The position numbers and the translations under genes were made by a program. Positions 32,464 to 44,947 of a stretch of DNA of 64,000 bases are shown here, piece by piece. Source of the stretch: Blepharisma stoltei ATCC 30299 (taxonomy: Eukaryota; Protista; Ciliophora); contig CBFDEM010000030.1 in the NCBI GenBank assembly GCA_965603825.1, positions 558,001 to 622,000 on the forward strand, given 5' to 3'. The notes below the pieces were generated by a model, which saw only the letters and a program-made list of their open reading frames with translations, was not told where the DNA came from and did no database searches. Within the stretch, counting starts at the first letter, position 1. Every line of letters begins with the position of its first letter.

Positions 32464-32859
32464 TTCTGTTAGAATAGTCTACGAAAATATTTTGATAAAT
32501 GAAGTCAATGGCCTATGTGAGTAATTTCTAGTAAAAATATCAATGCTTAATCTGCTGATTTTTATTTTTTTTTGTAAGGGTTTTAAAGAAGGCTAATTTT
32601 TCTAATTATCGTTCTTAATTTTATATCCTTTTTATAATATTTTATAACTATATATAATTTATAGCACATAAAAGCAAAAATCGTGCTAAATCTTGATTAA
32701 ATATAAAATTCATCAAAGGAAAAATTTATTCTATTCCCCAATTTTTTTACCATCCATACAATGCCAATAATTTATGGCCTTGGTGATTGCTTTGAATCTT
32801 CTCCAATTAGTGAATACAATTAAATTATTACTTACAGCACTTTAATTACATATAAACAC

Positions 32860-33087
32860 TTATCTGATAGCGTGAAGCAGCTGGGATACTTCAACACTCG
32901 TAATTTCCTTGCTTACTCGTCGTCGATTATATAAGGCATTTTGGTCCAGCTTCAGAGAAGGAGCCTTTTTAGCTTTGACTATTAACAACTTTCTTCGCTC
33001 TTCTTGAACCGTAGCTGGATCATTCTCTTTAGTATCCACCACAGAGTGGTTCGCTTTACTTGACTGTTTTCCTGCACAAACTCCCAT
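32860..33087 (-). CDS. Small predicted N-acylated protein (75 aa, MGVCAGKQ)
   Basis: Coding-like ORF in AT-rich spacer; ATG 33087; ends TAA. Confidence 0.65.
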   Translation of the reverse strand: MGVCAGKQSSKANHSVVDTKENDPATVQEERRKLLIVKAKKAPSLKLDQNALYNRRRVSKEITSVEVSQLLHAIR

Positions 33088-33447
33088 ATTTTTATAAATT
33101 TCCATTCAGGTGCTTAAAATGAAGTCGAAATCTGAGCCACGATAATGAAAATCAAAAATAATAAAAATAAATAGAATTTTGGTTTCAAAAAGGGAACTTT
33201 CTACGTCTCTTGATAAACGATTAATTAAAAAAAATCTAAATTTTCGAATTCTTTATTTTTGAATTTTAAAATCTGAAACCCTATAAAAATCAACGAATTT
33301 AAATAAAAAAGTTAAATTTATAACTATGATATTAAAGCTCTGTATTTAGCAATAACTTTTGATGATATCATAATCATTTTATTAATTTAAAAAATAATGA
33401 GGTTAATTATCCAGTGAATTTGAAAATTTGTTTCATTTCAATAGAAA

Positions 33448-34482
33448 TTAAGCTAGTGAAAAATCCAGTAATAATTCTGGCCCAAGCTGTGCGTTTATTA
33501 AATTTAATTGCTTCCCTGATGAAAAGTGTTCAGGTAAATAGTTAGAAACTGGAATATCATCACTCAGCAATCCCATAGCTTTGTATGCAGATGCTACTAA
33601 TTCTGAGCAGAAAAAGCCTTCTTCGTTGCTATCTTCCTCTTTTTTGCCTTTTTTTGAGCTCTTTCGGGGACTTGCTGTAAGCATTTTGCCTTCTACCTCT
33701 TTTAAAAAAATCTCCAAATTTTCCATTGCAGGTTCGTTTCTATCAAATTCTAAGCTTCTATATACAATTCTTTTATACTTTTGATTTTCATGGTTTTCCA
33801 TAAAATCCTCCCACATATTAATTCTAACCCCTTGCTCTTCAGTCTCAATAATCCCAATCTTCCCATTTCCTCACTTCAATATCATTGCAATATAATCATA
33901 CTTGCTTCTTGTGATCCCTCTTTTTAGTTTGGCTTTCAGACTTTTGCTTTTAAATAGCAGCAAATCCCCAGTCCTCGCGTCTTCTTTTAGCTTTTCTTCA
34001 CTTATTCTTGGGGTTTTCCAAAACTTGTGTTTAGGCTTATCAATGATTTTACTATTCCTAAAACCATCAGAAGCCTCAATATGATAGATTAAAGCTAAAG
34101 CCCAGTCTTTATTTTCAGTTTCATTTTTACCTCTTAGCCGAAAAGGCTTAGTAGAGCCAAAAGGGGTTAGGGTTATTTCGGCAGGATTGTCAGGGTTGTC
34201 TACATTTAAATCAACAGTGACTAAATCAAAATTTATAGAAAGCTTGGGCTGGCTGCTTTCAGGCTTGTTGTAGTAATAAAGAGTTTTGTCACGAAGAACG
34301 AAATATCGCCGCTGTCAGCGATGAAATAGGTGATGAGATCTTTTTTGAAGCCAGCCTGATTTTTCAGGGAGACTCAGGCTGGAGCGGGTAGAAATAGAAT
34401 GAGAAGGTTCAGAAGCTGTAGGTCTTAAATTTCTTTTTGGGGATTCACAATCTTGAGGAATTGATATACTTGCTGATTCCAT
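33448..34482 (-). CDS. PH domain fused to permuted papain-like (NlpC/P60, YiiX-type) domain (344 aa; TGA=Trp at 34315 and 33871)
   Basis: ATG 34482; KSGWLQKRS...HR(W)QRRYFVL...LYYY..EIKDW..AL PH domain; TGDLLLF..SKYDYIAMIL and FFCSELVA..YK.MGLL....YLPEHF; N-terminal two thirds missing from the supplied ORF track. Confidence 0.85.
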
Positions 34483-34645
34483 TTCTGCTTATGATTTTGG
34501 ATAAAATAATGCAATTTTTTAATTATAGGGATAGCAAATATATTCTTTATATCTGCCTATTAAATAAGATATGTGGCTGTAGCCAGCACAAAAATAAGCT
34601 TGCATTATAATTGCTAGGAAAATTATATGAATTTGATTAATTTAC

Positions 34646-37210
34646 CTAAAAAAAGTCTTTTTGTCCATCCAGCTCATTCACCATCTCAGTGTTCGCTAAT
34701 GGTTCTGCATTGATAATTTCTCCCTCAATCTCTGCATACTTAAAGTAGCTTGTAGTATCATACGGTAAAACAGGCTTTGGTAACTGAATTGAGCTTAGAG
34801 TTAGCTGATTTAGTGGCCCTTCAAAAATCGCTTCTTTTTCGCTCAAAAAGTTCAATAAAATATTCCATAGCTGGTCACCAGAAAACAGCCCTGCATTTCC
34901 ACAAATAATAAGACCATATTTAGCCCTCGTCAACGCGACGTTTATTCTTCTGAAATCAGCTAAAAACCCAAGCTTTGAACTTCCATTAGACCTAACAAGT
35001 GAAATGACTATAAAATCTTTTTCTTTCCCTTGGAATTCATCAATGGTGGAAACTGATAAATCTTCATACTTCTTTTTCCCTAAAGTGCCTTTATGGTACA
35101 AATATGAAGAAATAAAAGACTTTTGGCCTTGATAAGGCGTAACAACTCCGATATTATTAGCTTTGATTTTCGCCTTCAGCAGCTGAGTTACAATAATTTC
35201 AATAGTTTTTGCTTCTTCTCTATTTATAAACGATTTCCCAGTCGCTGATTGCTCTTCACTACCTATGATATTATAGAAGAAAATCGGTGTTTTTATATTG
35301 GTCCAAAAAGAAGCAGTCCCATAATATTGCCTCAACTGGCTTGTAACTCCGTTTATTAGCGAGTTATTATAAAAATGAATATTGGAAAACTCTGAAATTG
35401 ATGGATGCATTCTGTACTGAGTGTTCAAAAAGCAGGACTCTACGCCCAAACGTATAAGCCTTTCAAATAAAGAATGGTTATAGCCTGCTTTTGTGGATAG
35501 TCCTGCAAAAGATATAGGGCCTAATTGGCAGTGGTCGCCGACCATTATGACTTGTTCAGCACATGCAAGCATAGGAAGCAACGATTCAGGCTCAGTTGCT
35601 AAGGTAGCGTCATCAATTAAAACTCTTTTGAACTCGAAGTCTTCAAGTCTTTTGTCAAAAGCTCCTATACAGGTTGTAACAATGACTTCAGCCTCACTTA
35701 ATAATCTATCAGAAGTATTGTAGTATAGCTTTGTATGCTTTTTTCTTTCTGCAACAGTGAGTTTTGATCCTTCATCAATTTTGTCTTGAAGCTTTTTGTA
35801 GTCACGGTCGCTATTTTTATAGATTAAATTGTGTAGTGCAAGATGGTCAGTTTCAGATTTGAGCGCTTCTCGGCTTCTTGCTACAACTCTTAACACCTTA
35901 ACACCACACGATTCTAGACGTAAGGCAAGCTGGTCTGCTGCATTATTAGAAGGAGCGCATGCAAGAATTTGTTCATTAAATTTTTTTAACATGTGGTAAA
36001 TGATGGCTACAGAGGTTGAAGTTTTGCCTGTCCCTGGAGGTCCTTGTATCATCATAAATTTAGACTTTAAAGCAGCCCTCACCGCTTCTGTTTGATGATG
36101 GTTAAGTGCCTTTTGATTTGGAGGCGTCAAATTGTTAGGCAATTTTACCTTCCTTTTGATTTTTTCTCTGTCTTGTCCTAATATAGTTCTTCCTATATAA
36201 GTGTCCATGTATCCATGCTCAAACATTCTTAGACCATTTATCATTCTTATATAAGTATCATTTCCTTCAACAAATTTCAGTGTAAACCCTTTTGTTTTTT
36301 TGGGTAGCCCTTCATGATTTCCTATGATTTTCAGAGTAACTTCATCTTCTGCATTATAAGCGAAAATTATCCCAATCCAAAACTCCTTTTGTTTCTTGTA
36401 AAATAGTTTCACTTCATCTCCTATTACGAGTCTTACATCTGTGTTTTCTCTAGAAACCACAAAACGGGCTAAAATATTCTTTTTGTCTCTGAGATCCCAA
36501 GTGATAACAAACCCACTGATCACTTGTTGGGATTTTCTCATTTTTTCTAAGTTTTCTTCTATCCTAACTAGTCTTTCAAAAATATCCACATACTCTCTAG
36601 CACTTTTGTATCTTAATTGAACTTTGTTTACTGGGGGCAACTCTGGTTCTGGATCTTCTGGATCTAAGCCTTTTTTGACGTTTTTTTCAATGACGGCGAT
36701 TTTTTTCATTGAAATATTGAGAGCTTGAGAAAGTTCTGTTTGGTTAGATTTTACTAACAAAGAAGTAATGGATCTCTCTGATATGCAAGGTTGTCATCCT
36801 GCTAAATCCCACTGATCTTCTTGTAGCTTAGAGTTCAGTCCACACGGATTTCTGCACAAATACTTAATTTCGTTGCTGGAGCGTGAAAGTACAATCCCTA
36901 GCAAGAAAATGTTTTGTTGGGAGCATTCTGCACATTCAATAGGAAAACCACTGAAGCTATTACTAGGATGTAAAGCGATTTTTTTATGCCCAGCTTTGGT
37001 TAAGTGCGCCACAATGTGGGAATCCGACACCCCTTTCACTGACGAGTTGCAATACCAAGCACATTTCTCAAAAGTGCATCTTACTAAGGAACTTGGGTCA
37101 CTATTTTTGCAGTAGATACAAGAAATTTCTTCAATATTGTCCCAGTCGTTTTCGTTATGGCTCTCACTGCTTAAGGATTCTTGGTAGACATCTGTTCAAT
37201 CTTCTGACAT
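34646..37210 (-). CDS. UPF1: UPF1-like SF1 RNA helicase with N-terminal CH zinc domain (854 aa; TGA=Trp at 37196 and 36794)
   Basis: CIYC..LVRC..C.WYCN..SHIV.HL..H..ECAEC...NIFLLG..CR.PC CH domain; IQGPPGTGKT, CAPSN.AAD, VGDHCQLGP, SLFERL, QYRMHP, FQG.EKD, RR.NVALTRAK. Confidence 0.88.
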
Positions 37211-37625
37211 TTATATTTAGAACGGGCCCCTAATCAGAAATAAGGGCACTTTGGAGGGAAATGTATAAAGAGCTATTGGGGTGTTAGATGAAATTATTCA
37301 AATATAAAACCGCCAAATTAAAAATAATAATTTTAAAAGTTTAGTCCTTTGGATTGATACTTTATTGCTTTGATATATTTTGTGGAACTTTTATAAAAAA
37401 AGAAGCAATTTCACTTTGCTCTATGAACAAAATGAATGCTAGAACTTAAATTTTATTAGTCGGAAAAATTATGAATATAGCCAGCCACATCTTTTTTATC
37501 AACCAGTGCCCTGCTTTTATAGAAATTTCCTATTAATATTTAATAAAAACCCATAATTTTTCTTACTTGCATTTTCTATATGAAATGTATACTTAATTAT
37601 TAGAAGTTACTCTTAAGTTCTAGAC

Positions 37626-40142
37626 TTAAATGGCACTAATTTGACCTAGAGAATACTCAGCCATTTCTTTCAACCTCGGATCTCCTTTTTCTTTATGCAT
37701 TTGCAAATATCCAAACACATTCGGATTTTTCAAGTGTTCAGCTACCTTTTTCCTATAAGCATTTGCGATATCTCCTAACAGTCCCAGTGCAGCTGAATGC
37801 ACCGCATAAGAAGGTGTGTGCTTTTGATTTACACAAATTAATGTATACTGAATAATATTCGGAATTTTCAGCAAAATTGAATCAGTCTGATTTGTCTCAT
37901 GTAGCCCTTGTATTAGTCCCACATAAAATTCAATGATTGCTTCTCTAAGCTGCAATAAATACTCCTTCAGGTCTGGGTTGTCATCTTGGAATTCTTTTAC
38001 ACTCAAATTTGCAGCACCTTCTATATACTGTAAAACCTGATTGAGATAATGGCTAAATATCCCTCTGGTATTGCTGGCTAAGTCTCCCATGGCTTCAATG
38101 CTCATAATTTTTACATCAGTACTTACAATATTGCTTTCTAGGTTGCGCAATAATATAGGAATTATATCATGGATATAAGGGGAAAGCCTTTGTCCTAGAG
38201 AACGGGCAAGGTCACCTACACTCATTGTGGCGGCTTTGCAGATGGAAGAAATCTCTTGGTTGCTAAGTGCCCAGAGCAAGTATTGGTGGAAGGGCTGCAC
38301 AAAAGGCTCGAATCTGGTTTCGATGTTCTGAGCGAGAGCTCCAATAGCTTGGATTCCTTCTTCTATAACTGTCCCTCGGACTTTGAAAATTTGTAAAATA
38401 GTGTCCATGAATTCTCTTGCGTCTGCATCAGAGACTGCTCCTGTTGAAGATCGGCCAAAGCAGGTTTGTAATGCTGAGCACAGATAAGCTTGCAAATGTT
38501 CAGTATTTCCCAAATGCAGTGTTTTTTTCAGCATTATAATAAAATGCGGAATTTTTGACTCTATTAATTTCACTGAATCTTTCCCAGACTTTTCGATAAT
38601 AGTATTTATAGCACTAAAAGAAGAAATCTGCAAGTTATAGTCGTGCCCAATCGCATCAGGTCTATTAGCGGCTATCAAAAAAGCATTAATCATAGCATCC
38701 ACATGATCTTTAGTAAACACATTATACCCTTCTAATTTTTCAGCTAAATTTATTACAGCCCAGCAGCAATGTGAAGCTATAAGTGGGTGAGATTTCAAAG
38801 CCTCTAGTAGCTCATGGACAATCTGCAAAAAGGATGGATCATTTAGGATACAAAGACTGTGGAATTCACACAGCTTTGATAAAGCCCATGCTGTTGTTTT
38901 TTTGACTGATTTTACGTCATCTTTTAATAGCTGTAATAAATTTCCTAAAATATTTTGCATTAGTCTGCTGATGGGTTGGTGCCCTGGGCCATCTAAAATA
39001 GACCCAAAAACTAAGACTGCTGATTCACGTTCTTTCCAATTAGGAGATTCTATATGAGAAAGGATATAAGAAGCGACTTTATCTACCACGGAGTCTCCAA
39101 TAATTTGAGAAACTGCTCCTATTGTGGTAGACCCAGCCTTATGCAGGTTCCATTCATCATCATCGTCTTCAAAAATCGCTATTTTTTCTAACAAAATCGG
39201 TATAAGTGTATCTGCAGCTGTATTGATAAACCCAAGCACAGGGAAATTATTTTCGATTTTCAGGTTTTCAATGTCTGCAATTACATTCCAAAACTCCACG
39301 CCCAGCACAGCAGCTCTTGGGTCATCCTGCCTTATAGTAGAATACGTCACAGTTCCTAGCTGCATTAAATTAGTCTGTAAATATTCATAATAGAGCCCAG
39401 CAATATCACATAAAACTTGCAAAGCAGAAATTCTGATATTTAAATTAGGGTTTGTGCACAAATCGCATAGGATATTGATTATATATTCTCTTTCATTAGC
39501 TTTTTGAAAATTCTCATGCGTGAATGGTAAGGAATTCCTCAAAGCTTGGATCGCGATGATTTTTAAGTCATCTTTGCAGTTTTCGTCTGAAAAATTCGCA
39601 CAAATAGCAGTCAAAATTTGGTCAGCTGTAACCTTGGTTATACAGCTTGAAGGGAGTTCTTCACATATATATCCAAGGGTAGTCAAAGATATCATTTTCA
39701 CATTGAGATCTTGATGTGTGGCATTATTAATAAGGATTCCTAAAATATCAGGCCATTCTCCTAAAGGGATATCAAGCTTGGCGATACAGGCGACTGCTTG
39801 AGCTGCAGCAAGTCGGACATCGCGATCTTGGGTGGCCAAGGTGCATAGTGTATTATTCCTGATTTGCGCTTTGGAATCTGGAGGGAGACTTATTCATAGA
39901 CGGTCAAGAAATGCCTCTTGCTTGACGTTAAGAATTGTGTTTTTTAAGGTGAGACCTGCAATTTGACGGGCAAGCTTGGAAGACTGCTCATTAGAAAGCT
40001 CAGAGGAAAGGTCATAGAGAAATTGAGCAGGCTGAGTCTGAGTCAAGCTTTGGATGATTTGCTCAGATGAAGCACGGGTTTGTGGGTCTGGGGCTGACTG
40101 GGCTGAAATTAGAAGTTGAGCAAAGGAACTTATTGCCGCCAT
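37626..40142 (-). CDS. KPNB1: Importin subunit beta-1 (838 aa; TGA=Trp at 39894)
   Basis: RQIAGL.LKN, DRL(W), WPD, TLGYICE, EFW, acidic loop EDDDDEWN, W..RE.AV..FGSILDGP, VGDL.R, G..GD HEAT motifs. Confidence 0.92.
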
Positions 40143-40676
40143 AAGGAAATTTTTTGATGCAAAATAAGATGGATGTGTCAGAAAGATTTAAGCTTAAAGT
40201 GGCGGAAGTGAAAGGGAGGAGGATTTTGTAGACGAAAAAAGATTGACATAGTAGAATATAATGCAGAAGGCTTTTTTAAAGTGTAATAGTTTAAGATAAG
40301 CAGGATTTTAAACAAAGAAGATTAGTCTTTATTTATTAAAGGATAAAAATTTCTAACTGATGATTATTTGGTATTTTATATTTGCATTTGCCAAGTGTAA
40401 TCATTTTAAAAATACAATTATTTATTTATTAGCGCTTTATTATTTTTGACCAATTTTCACCAGCTAACTTTGACGTAAGTAAATAAGAGAAATTACCTTT
40501 TCCTTCATTTTTTTTATTGTATGAGTTTGTTTAACATTAAGCTCATTATTTCATTAGCACAGCCATCTGCCAATATTTAAATATGCTATATAGCATTTTT
40601 ATGCAAGCTTAATTAAGTGATTTATTTTGCTCCTATTTGAATTAAAAATATTGATTACCATTGATTATACTGAAAG

Positions 40677-41532
40677 ATGGCCGAAGAAAGTCAATTTTAT
40701 TTGGTTCTAGAAAGCTGCAAAGAGCAGCTTCTGCGCCACAGTAAAGTAACATTTAAGAGTCTTGTTGAAGTCTATGAGGTATTTTTCAACTCAGTTTTCT
40801 TATAGAAAAAAACAATGAAAAATCCCCAGCCGAGATATGAGGGCAAAAGAAGCTGTCAGGGAATTAGAAGAAATCGCGTCCTCAGTAATTTTTATTAAGG
40901 CTTTGGTGGACTTAAAAATTGACGGAGTCCTAAAACCTTCATCCAACATTTATGTCGCCAGAATAGAAAACAATGGGTACATTCAGAGCTACTATGAAAG
41001 CGCTGATACCTCAGTTTCTACCAACGACGAAGAGTTCACAAGACCAAGAAGAGCGACTTCTCCAACCCGCCAGCCTGAAGAACAAATTGAAGTGCGGAAA
41101 CGCTCAAGTTCAACCAATACCAAGCTGCCTAAAGTTAATACTCCAACGTCTCTGAACGTCAAGGAATCACCAAAGTATAAAACAGCTGAAACTCCTAATT
41201 GTAATCTAGAAAAAAACACTGAAAGTTGCAGTACTTTTTCAGCTGTCGCAGAGTCTGTTTCTTTAGAGACTTTAAAAAGGTCGAAAACACCAGCTATTAG
41301 CAGGTTTATGGAAATTCATAGAAGAAGTCCTATGCCTCAAAATGATAGCAGCCCAAAGCGAGCGCTGGAAAATTCGATAAAAAATAGGTTTCCTTTAAAG
41401 GAATCAATTTTATTTAAAAAAAATTCATGGTTTAACGCAAATAGCAGTAGATGCTGTTCAGTTAAAGAAAAACTCAAGCTTATAAGGGAGTCATATAGCA
41501 ACGCCCGATGTAAAGTCGCGTCTTATAGATAG
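40677..41532 (+). CDS. Hypothetical protein (279 aa; one 16-nt intron, TGA=Trp at 40816)
   Basis: ATG 40677 exon MAEESQFYLVLESCKEQLLRHSKVTFKSLVEVYE; the 160-nt offset to ORF 40837 is brought into frame by removing intron 40779-40794. Confidence 0.72.
40779..40794 (+). other. 16-nt spliceosomal intron GTATTTTTCAACTCAG
   Basis: GAG|GT..CAG, A at -6; its removal corrects a one-base frame offset between two coding-like segments. Confidence 0.75.
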
Positions 41533-42194
41533 CGCATTTTTGATATGGCAGAATTAAATTAATGATTTTTACAATAATTCATTATTCTGAAAATAGAAAA
41601 ATTCCATTTCGAAGTTAGAAATGCAAAATAATGGCGATATAAATTGCACATTAAGGCTTTAAAACTCTGCTATAGCTGATTAATTTTTTGAATTTAGCAG
41701 CTGGCTTTCTTCATCTTTTAAAAATTGAACTCTGCTTTTCGTTTCTTATTTACTATTAATTTCTCAACCCCTGAGCCTGCTAAATATGGAATTCATGATA
41801 TTAAGCTCATGAATCTATGATAAATAATAAATGAGTTAATCAACAGTCAAAATATAATAAATGGTTCAATACTAGCTACTTTTCTTTCAACTTTAAGCTT
41901 TATTAAAGTTTCCATCCTTAAAGTTAAGACCAATATGGCAACAAGGATTTTTATTCATATAAGTACATATTTTTTAAATAAAAATTTAGATGATAGAAAT
42001 TATAATTTAAATATTTACTAAAGCTCAAGACATTTTTAAAATTAATGGAAAGAAATATTTATTAAATAGCTCTTTTTGGATAAATATATTGAAGATGATT
42101 ATTAAAATATTCTACAGCATTTCATAGCTTCAAAATGTAACGCTTAAGCCAATATCCTTTGTTCTCTATTTTATGTAATTTTGAATAATAATTA

Positions 42195-43790
42195 ATGAAT
42201 ATAAAAGAATCCAGGAAGCATCTTTTGTCACAACTCTTAGATATGGGCTATCCTCAGCCTAAAGCTGTGCAGGCAGCAAATAAATACACTGATATAAACG
42301 ATGCAATTTTGTACTTGACTTCAGAAGAGCCTCAAGATTCCAAAGCGTCGTCTCACAAAGGCTCTTTAAAAATCCCCAAAGATGCAAATGACCATGAACG
42401 ATCGCATTCCTCAAAAGCAGCTCACGATATTGATGAAAATAAAGAGCAATTAGAAAGAACAATGAGAAAATCAGCAAGCCAGTTAGCTGCAATGAATTCC
42501 AAAAGTATAAAGAAAGCCGCAAAAGCCACGAGAAAAGAAATAAGGAAAAAATTCAGATCTGTTTATGCAGAAATCAAGAAAAATCTTGATATTTTATCAA
42601 AAACCAAAAAGGAATTGCGGAAAAAAATAAAGAAATTGAAAGAAGAAGGCCATGAAAAAACCGCAAGAAAAACAAAAAGGAAGCTTTCAAACGTCAAAGA
42701 TAAGATAGGGAATTTAGATACTAAAGTTGATGATTTATATTTGTTAAACGGAGAGTTTACAGAGATGAAAAAGTCTAATCCAAAAGATATCACAGAGGAA
42801 TATTTTTTTGGACTACTAGAAGATATTGAAAATAATGTTTGGTTTGATGAGGAGCTGAATTCTATCATAAACGACTGTGGAATTTTTGAAGCACGAAGAG
42901 TAGAAACCAGCTTTGAAAACACAGATATAAAAATTATATATGAAATCGAAACCGAAGAAGATGAGACTGAAAAAATTGCTGTTGAGCAAGCAGTCCCTGA
43001 AATCCCTCAGGATTCCCCTCATAGGCACAAATCTAAAATAAATCCGTTATCTGAAACAAGGTCTATAATTCAACAAAAAATCCAAGGTTTAGGCTTAAGT
43101 CAGGAGTACGCACATATTTTAAATATGCATCAAACCTTTGAAGAATCTTATTTAGGGCTAATTCAAGTAATATCTAAAAGAAGGATGAAAAATCATCCGA
43201 ATCAGCTCTCCATTTGTAGATCAAGAGAAATTGGCACGAAAACAATTTTTCTGCAAAAGCCAAAACAAGTTTTGAGCCCATATCAGTCTATACAAAGACT
43301 AGATCCCTTTAAGCCAAACCAAGGGCTTTTCAGCAAACTTTTTGCATCAATAAACCCAAAGACAGGGTTTATAGCGACTATTCAGGGCAAAAAGAGTGTA
43401 GAAGAAATTAAAGAAGATCCAACAGAAATACTAAGCCCAGATATTGAAGAAAATCTTAGTGATTTTGACGAATACGAAGAAGTCCCCGACGACATAGATG
43501 AAGGAGATGTGTCCAGGCATTCTCCTACAAATGAAGGCATTATTGATATTTTAATAGAGGCTTATAGAGCCAAAGGGGTTTCAGTAGAAGCTATAGATAG
43601 TTTACCATACTACACCTTAGAAAACGAAGAGGCACTTCCATATACTACATGCATAATTTGTTTAGAAGAATTCATCAGAGGAGACATTCTCATGGTGATG
43701 ACTTGTGAGCATTTCTATCATTCAAGCTGCTTGAAAAAATGGTTACAAGGAAGCAAAAAATGCCCGCTTTGCAATGCTGATGTACAGTAA
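42195..43790 (+). CDS. UBA plus RING-H2 E3 ubiquitin ligase (531 aa)
   Basis: N-terminal QLLDMGY...KA..A.....DAI.YL UBA; basic coiled coil; C-terminal CIICLEEF..CEHFYHSSCL..WL..CPLC. Confidence 0.87.
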   Translation: MNIKESRKHLLSQLLDMGYPQPKAVQAANKYTDINDAILYLTSEEPQDSKASSHKGSLKIPKDANDHERSHSSKAAHDIDENKEQLERTMRKSASQLAAMNSKSIKKAAKATRKEIRKKFRSVYAEIKKNLDILSKTKKELRKKIKKLKEEGHEKTARKTKRKLSNVKDKIGNLDTKVDDLYLLNGEFTEMKKSNPKDITEEYFFGLLEDIENNVWFDEELNSIINDCGIFEARRVETSFENTDIKIIYEIETEEDETEKIAVEQAVPEIPQDSPHRHKSKINPLSETRSIIQQKIQGLGLSQEYAHILNMHQTFEESYLGLIQVISKRRMKNHPNQLSICRSREIGTKTIFLQKPKQVLSPYQSIQRLDPFKPNQGLFSKLFASINPKTGFIATIQGKKSVEEIKEDPTEILSPDIEENLSDFDEYEEVPDDIDEGDVSRHSPTNEGIIDILIEAYRAKGVSVEAIDSLPYYTLENEEALPYTTCIICLEEFIRGDILMVMTCEHFYHSSCLKKWLQGSKKCPLCNADVQ

Positions 43791-43869
43791 CTTATAAAAA
43801 TATCCACAAATTCTTTATTTTCAAATAATTTTTCTTTATAATATTTATACAAGATTATAATAAAATACG

Positions 43870-44940
43870 ATGGCAAAATTTGTTGCACATAACATGCTCC
43901 TGGCTCTGAAAGAAGAAGAGTACAAGATAACTGAATACGGCAAAAGTACATGCTTAGACGTGATTGATCGTTTCACTGTAGATATTCCTTATTCTGACGG
44001 ATGTATCAAAACGCGTGTTCTATTTAACGCAATGGATCCTTCTTGCCCACCTGACTTTATTATTATGAATCCTCAAACAGACATTGAAGTTCCTTATTCT
44101 TCAGTTATAAGCGACTGGAATATCAGCGACCGACGAGGTCTGCTCAATGCCAGCGCCAAAATCAAAGACGCTTTTTCAGAATACCACGAACGGCTATTTC
44201 AGGAATACAAAAATCAAGAAACTGAAGTGATTTATAATATTGCTAACAAAATTGAAGGCCTAACGCAAAGAAATGAAATTAAAGTCAACATTGAAGGAGG
44301 AGTTTTGCAAGAAATAGTGATTTCTGTGCCGTTTCCTATTACTTTGGCGCATGAGTCATGCACTCTGCCTATATATTGCCATGTGAGCATTTTGCCGCAT
44401 GAAGAAAAATTCACTGTGAACTTGCAGTATCCCCAATGAGCAACTCATTTGCATCATTTAACTATAAATGCACTTGTGAAAGCACAAAATCCTTATTGGC
44501 AGTACTCATCATTTTATAGCTTGATAAACCAGCTAATTAATTTTTTGAAGAAGGAAACGCAGACTGCTGGGAACTCAAAAGACTTAAGAGCGTTATTCAT
44601 GCAGTGCCTCTGCAATGCAAATCTAGGGATCCCTCTAGAGATTGACTCAATTGAGTTCTTAAAAATGAGCTTTCATATGGAAATTCCATATAAAGCCACA
44701 GGTGGGTCAGAAATCGTCCAATTAATTTTCCAAGTCCCCTCAGACTTTCCCAAATCAGCACCTACCTATAAACTGAGGAGCCAAAAAATTATGAGGCATA
44801 GTGAGCTCAGAGAAAAAAAATACGGGAACAAGTTTAAAGGCTGAAGCGCAGACTTAGAAATATCGCAGCTTGCGGCGCTTGTAAAACAACGACTTAATGA
44901 AGACCTAAAAGATTTTCTCAGCTGGGTTTATTCAACATAA
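43870..44940 (+). CDS. BABAM2: BRE/BRCC45 (BABAM2)-like BRISC/BRCA1-A complex subunit (356 aa; TGA=Trp at 44437 and 44842)
   Basis: DRFTVDIPY......VLFNA.DP..PPDFI and ..W.......L match the BRE N-terminal UEV; R..F....G.PLE.D...F and P.DFP..AP...L.S in the C-terminal UEV; ends TAA 44938. Confidence 0.78.
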
Positions 44941-44947
44941 TTAACCA

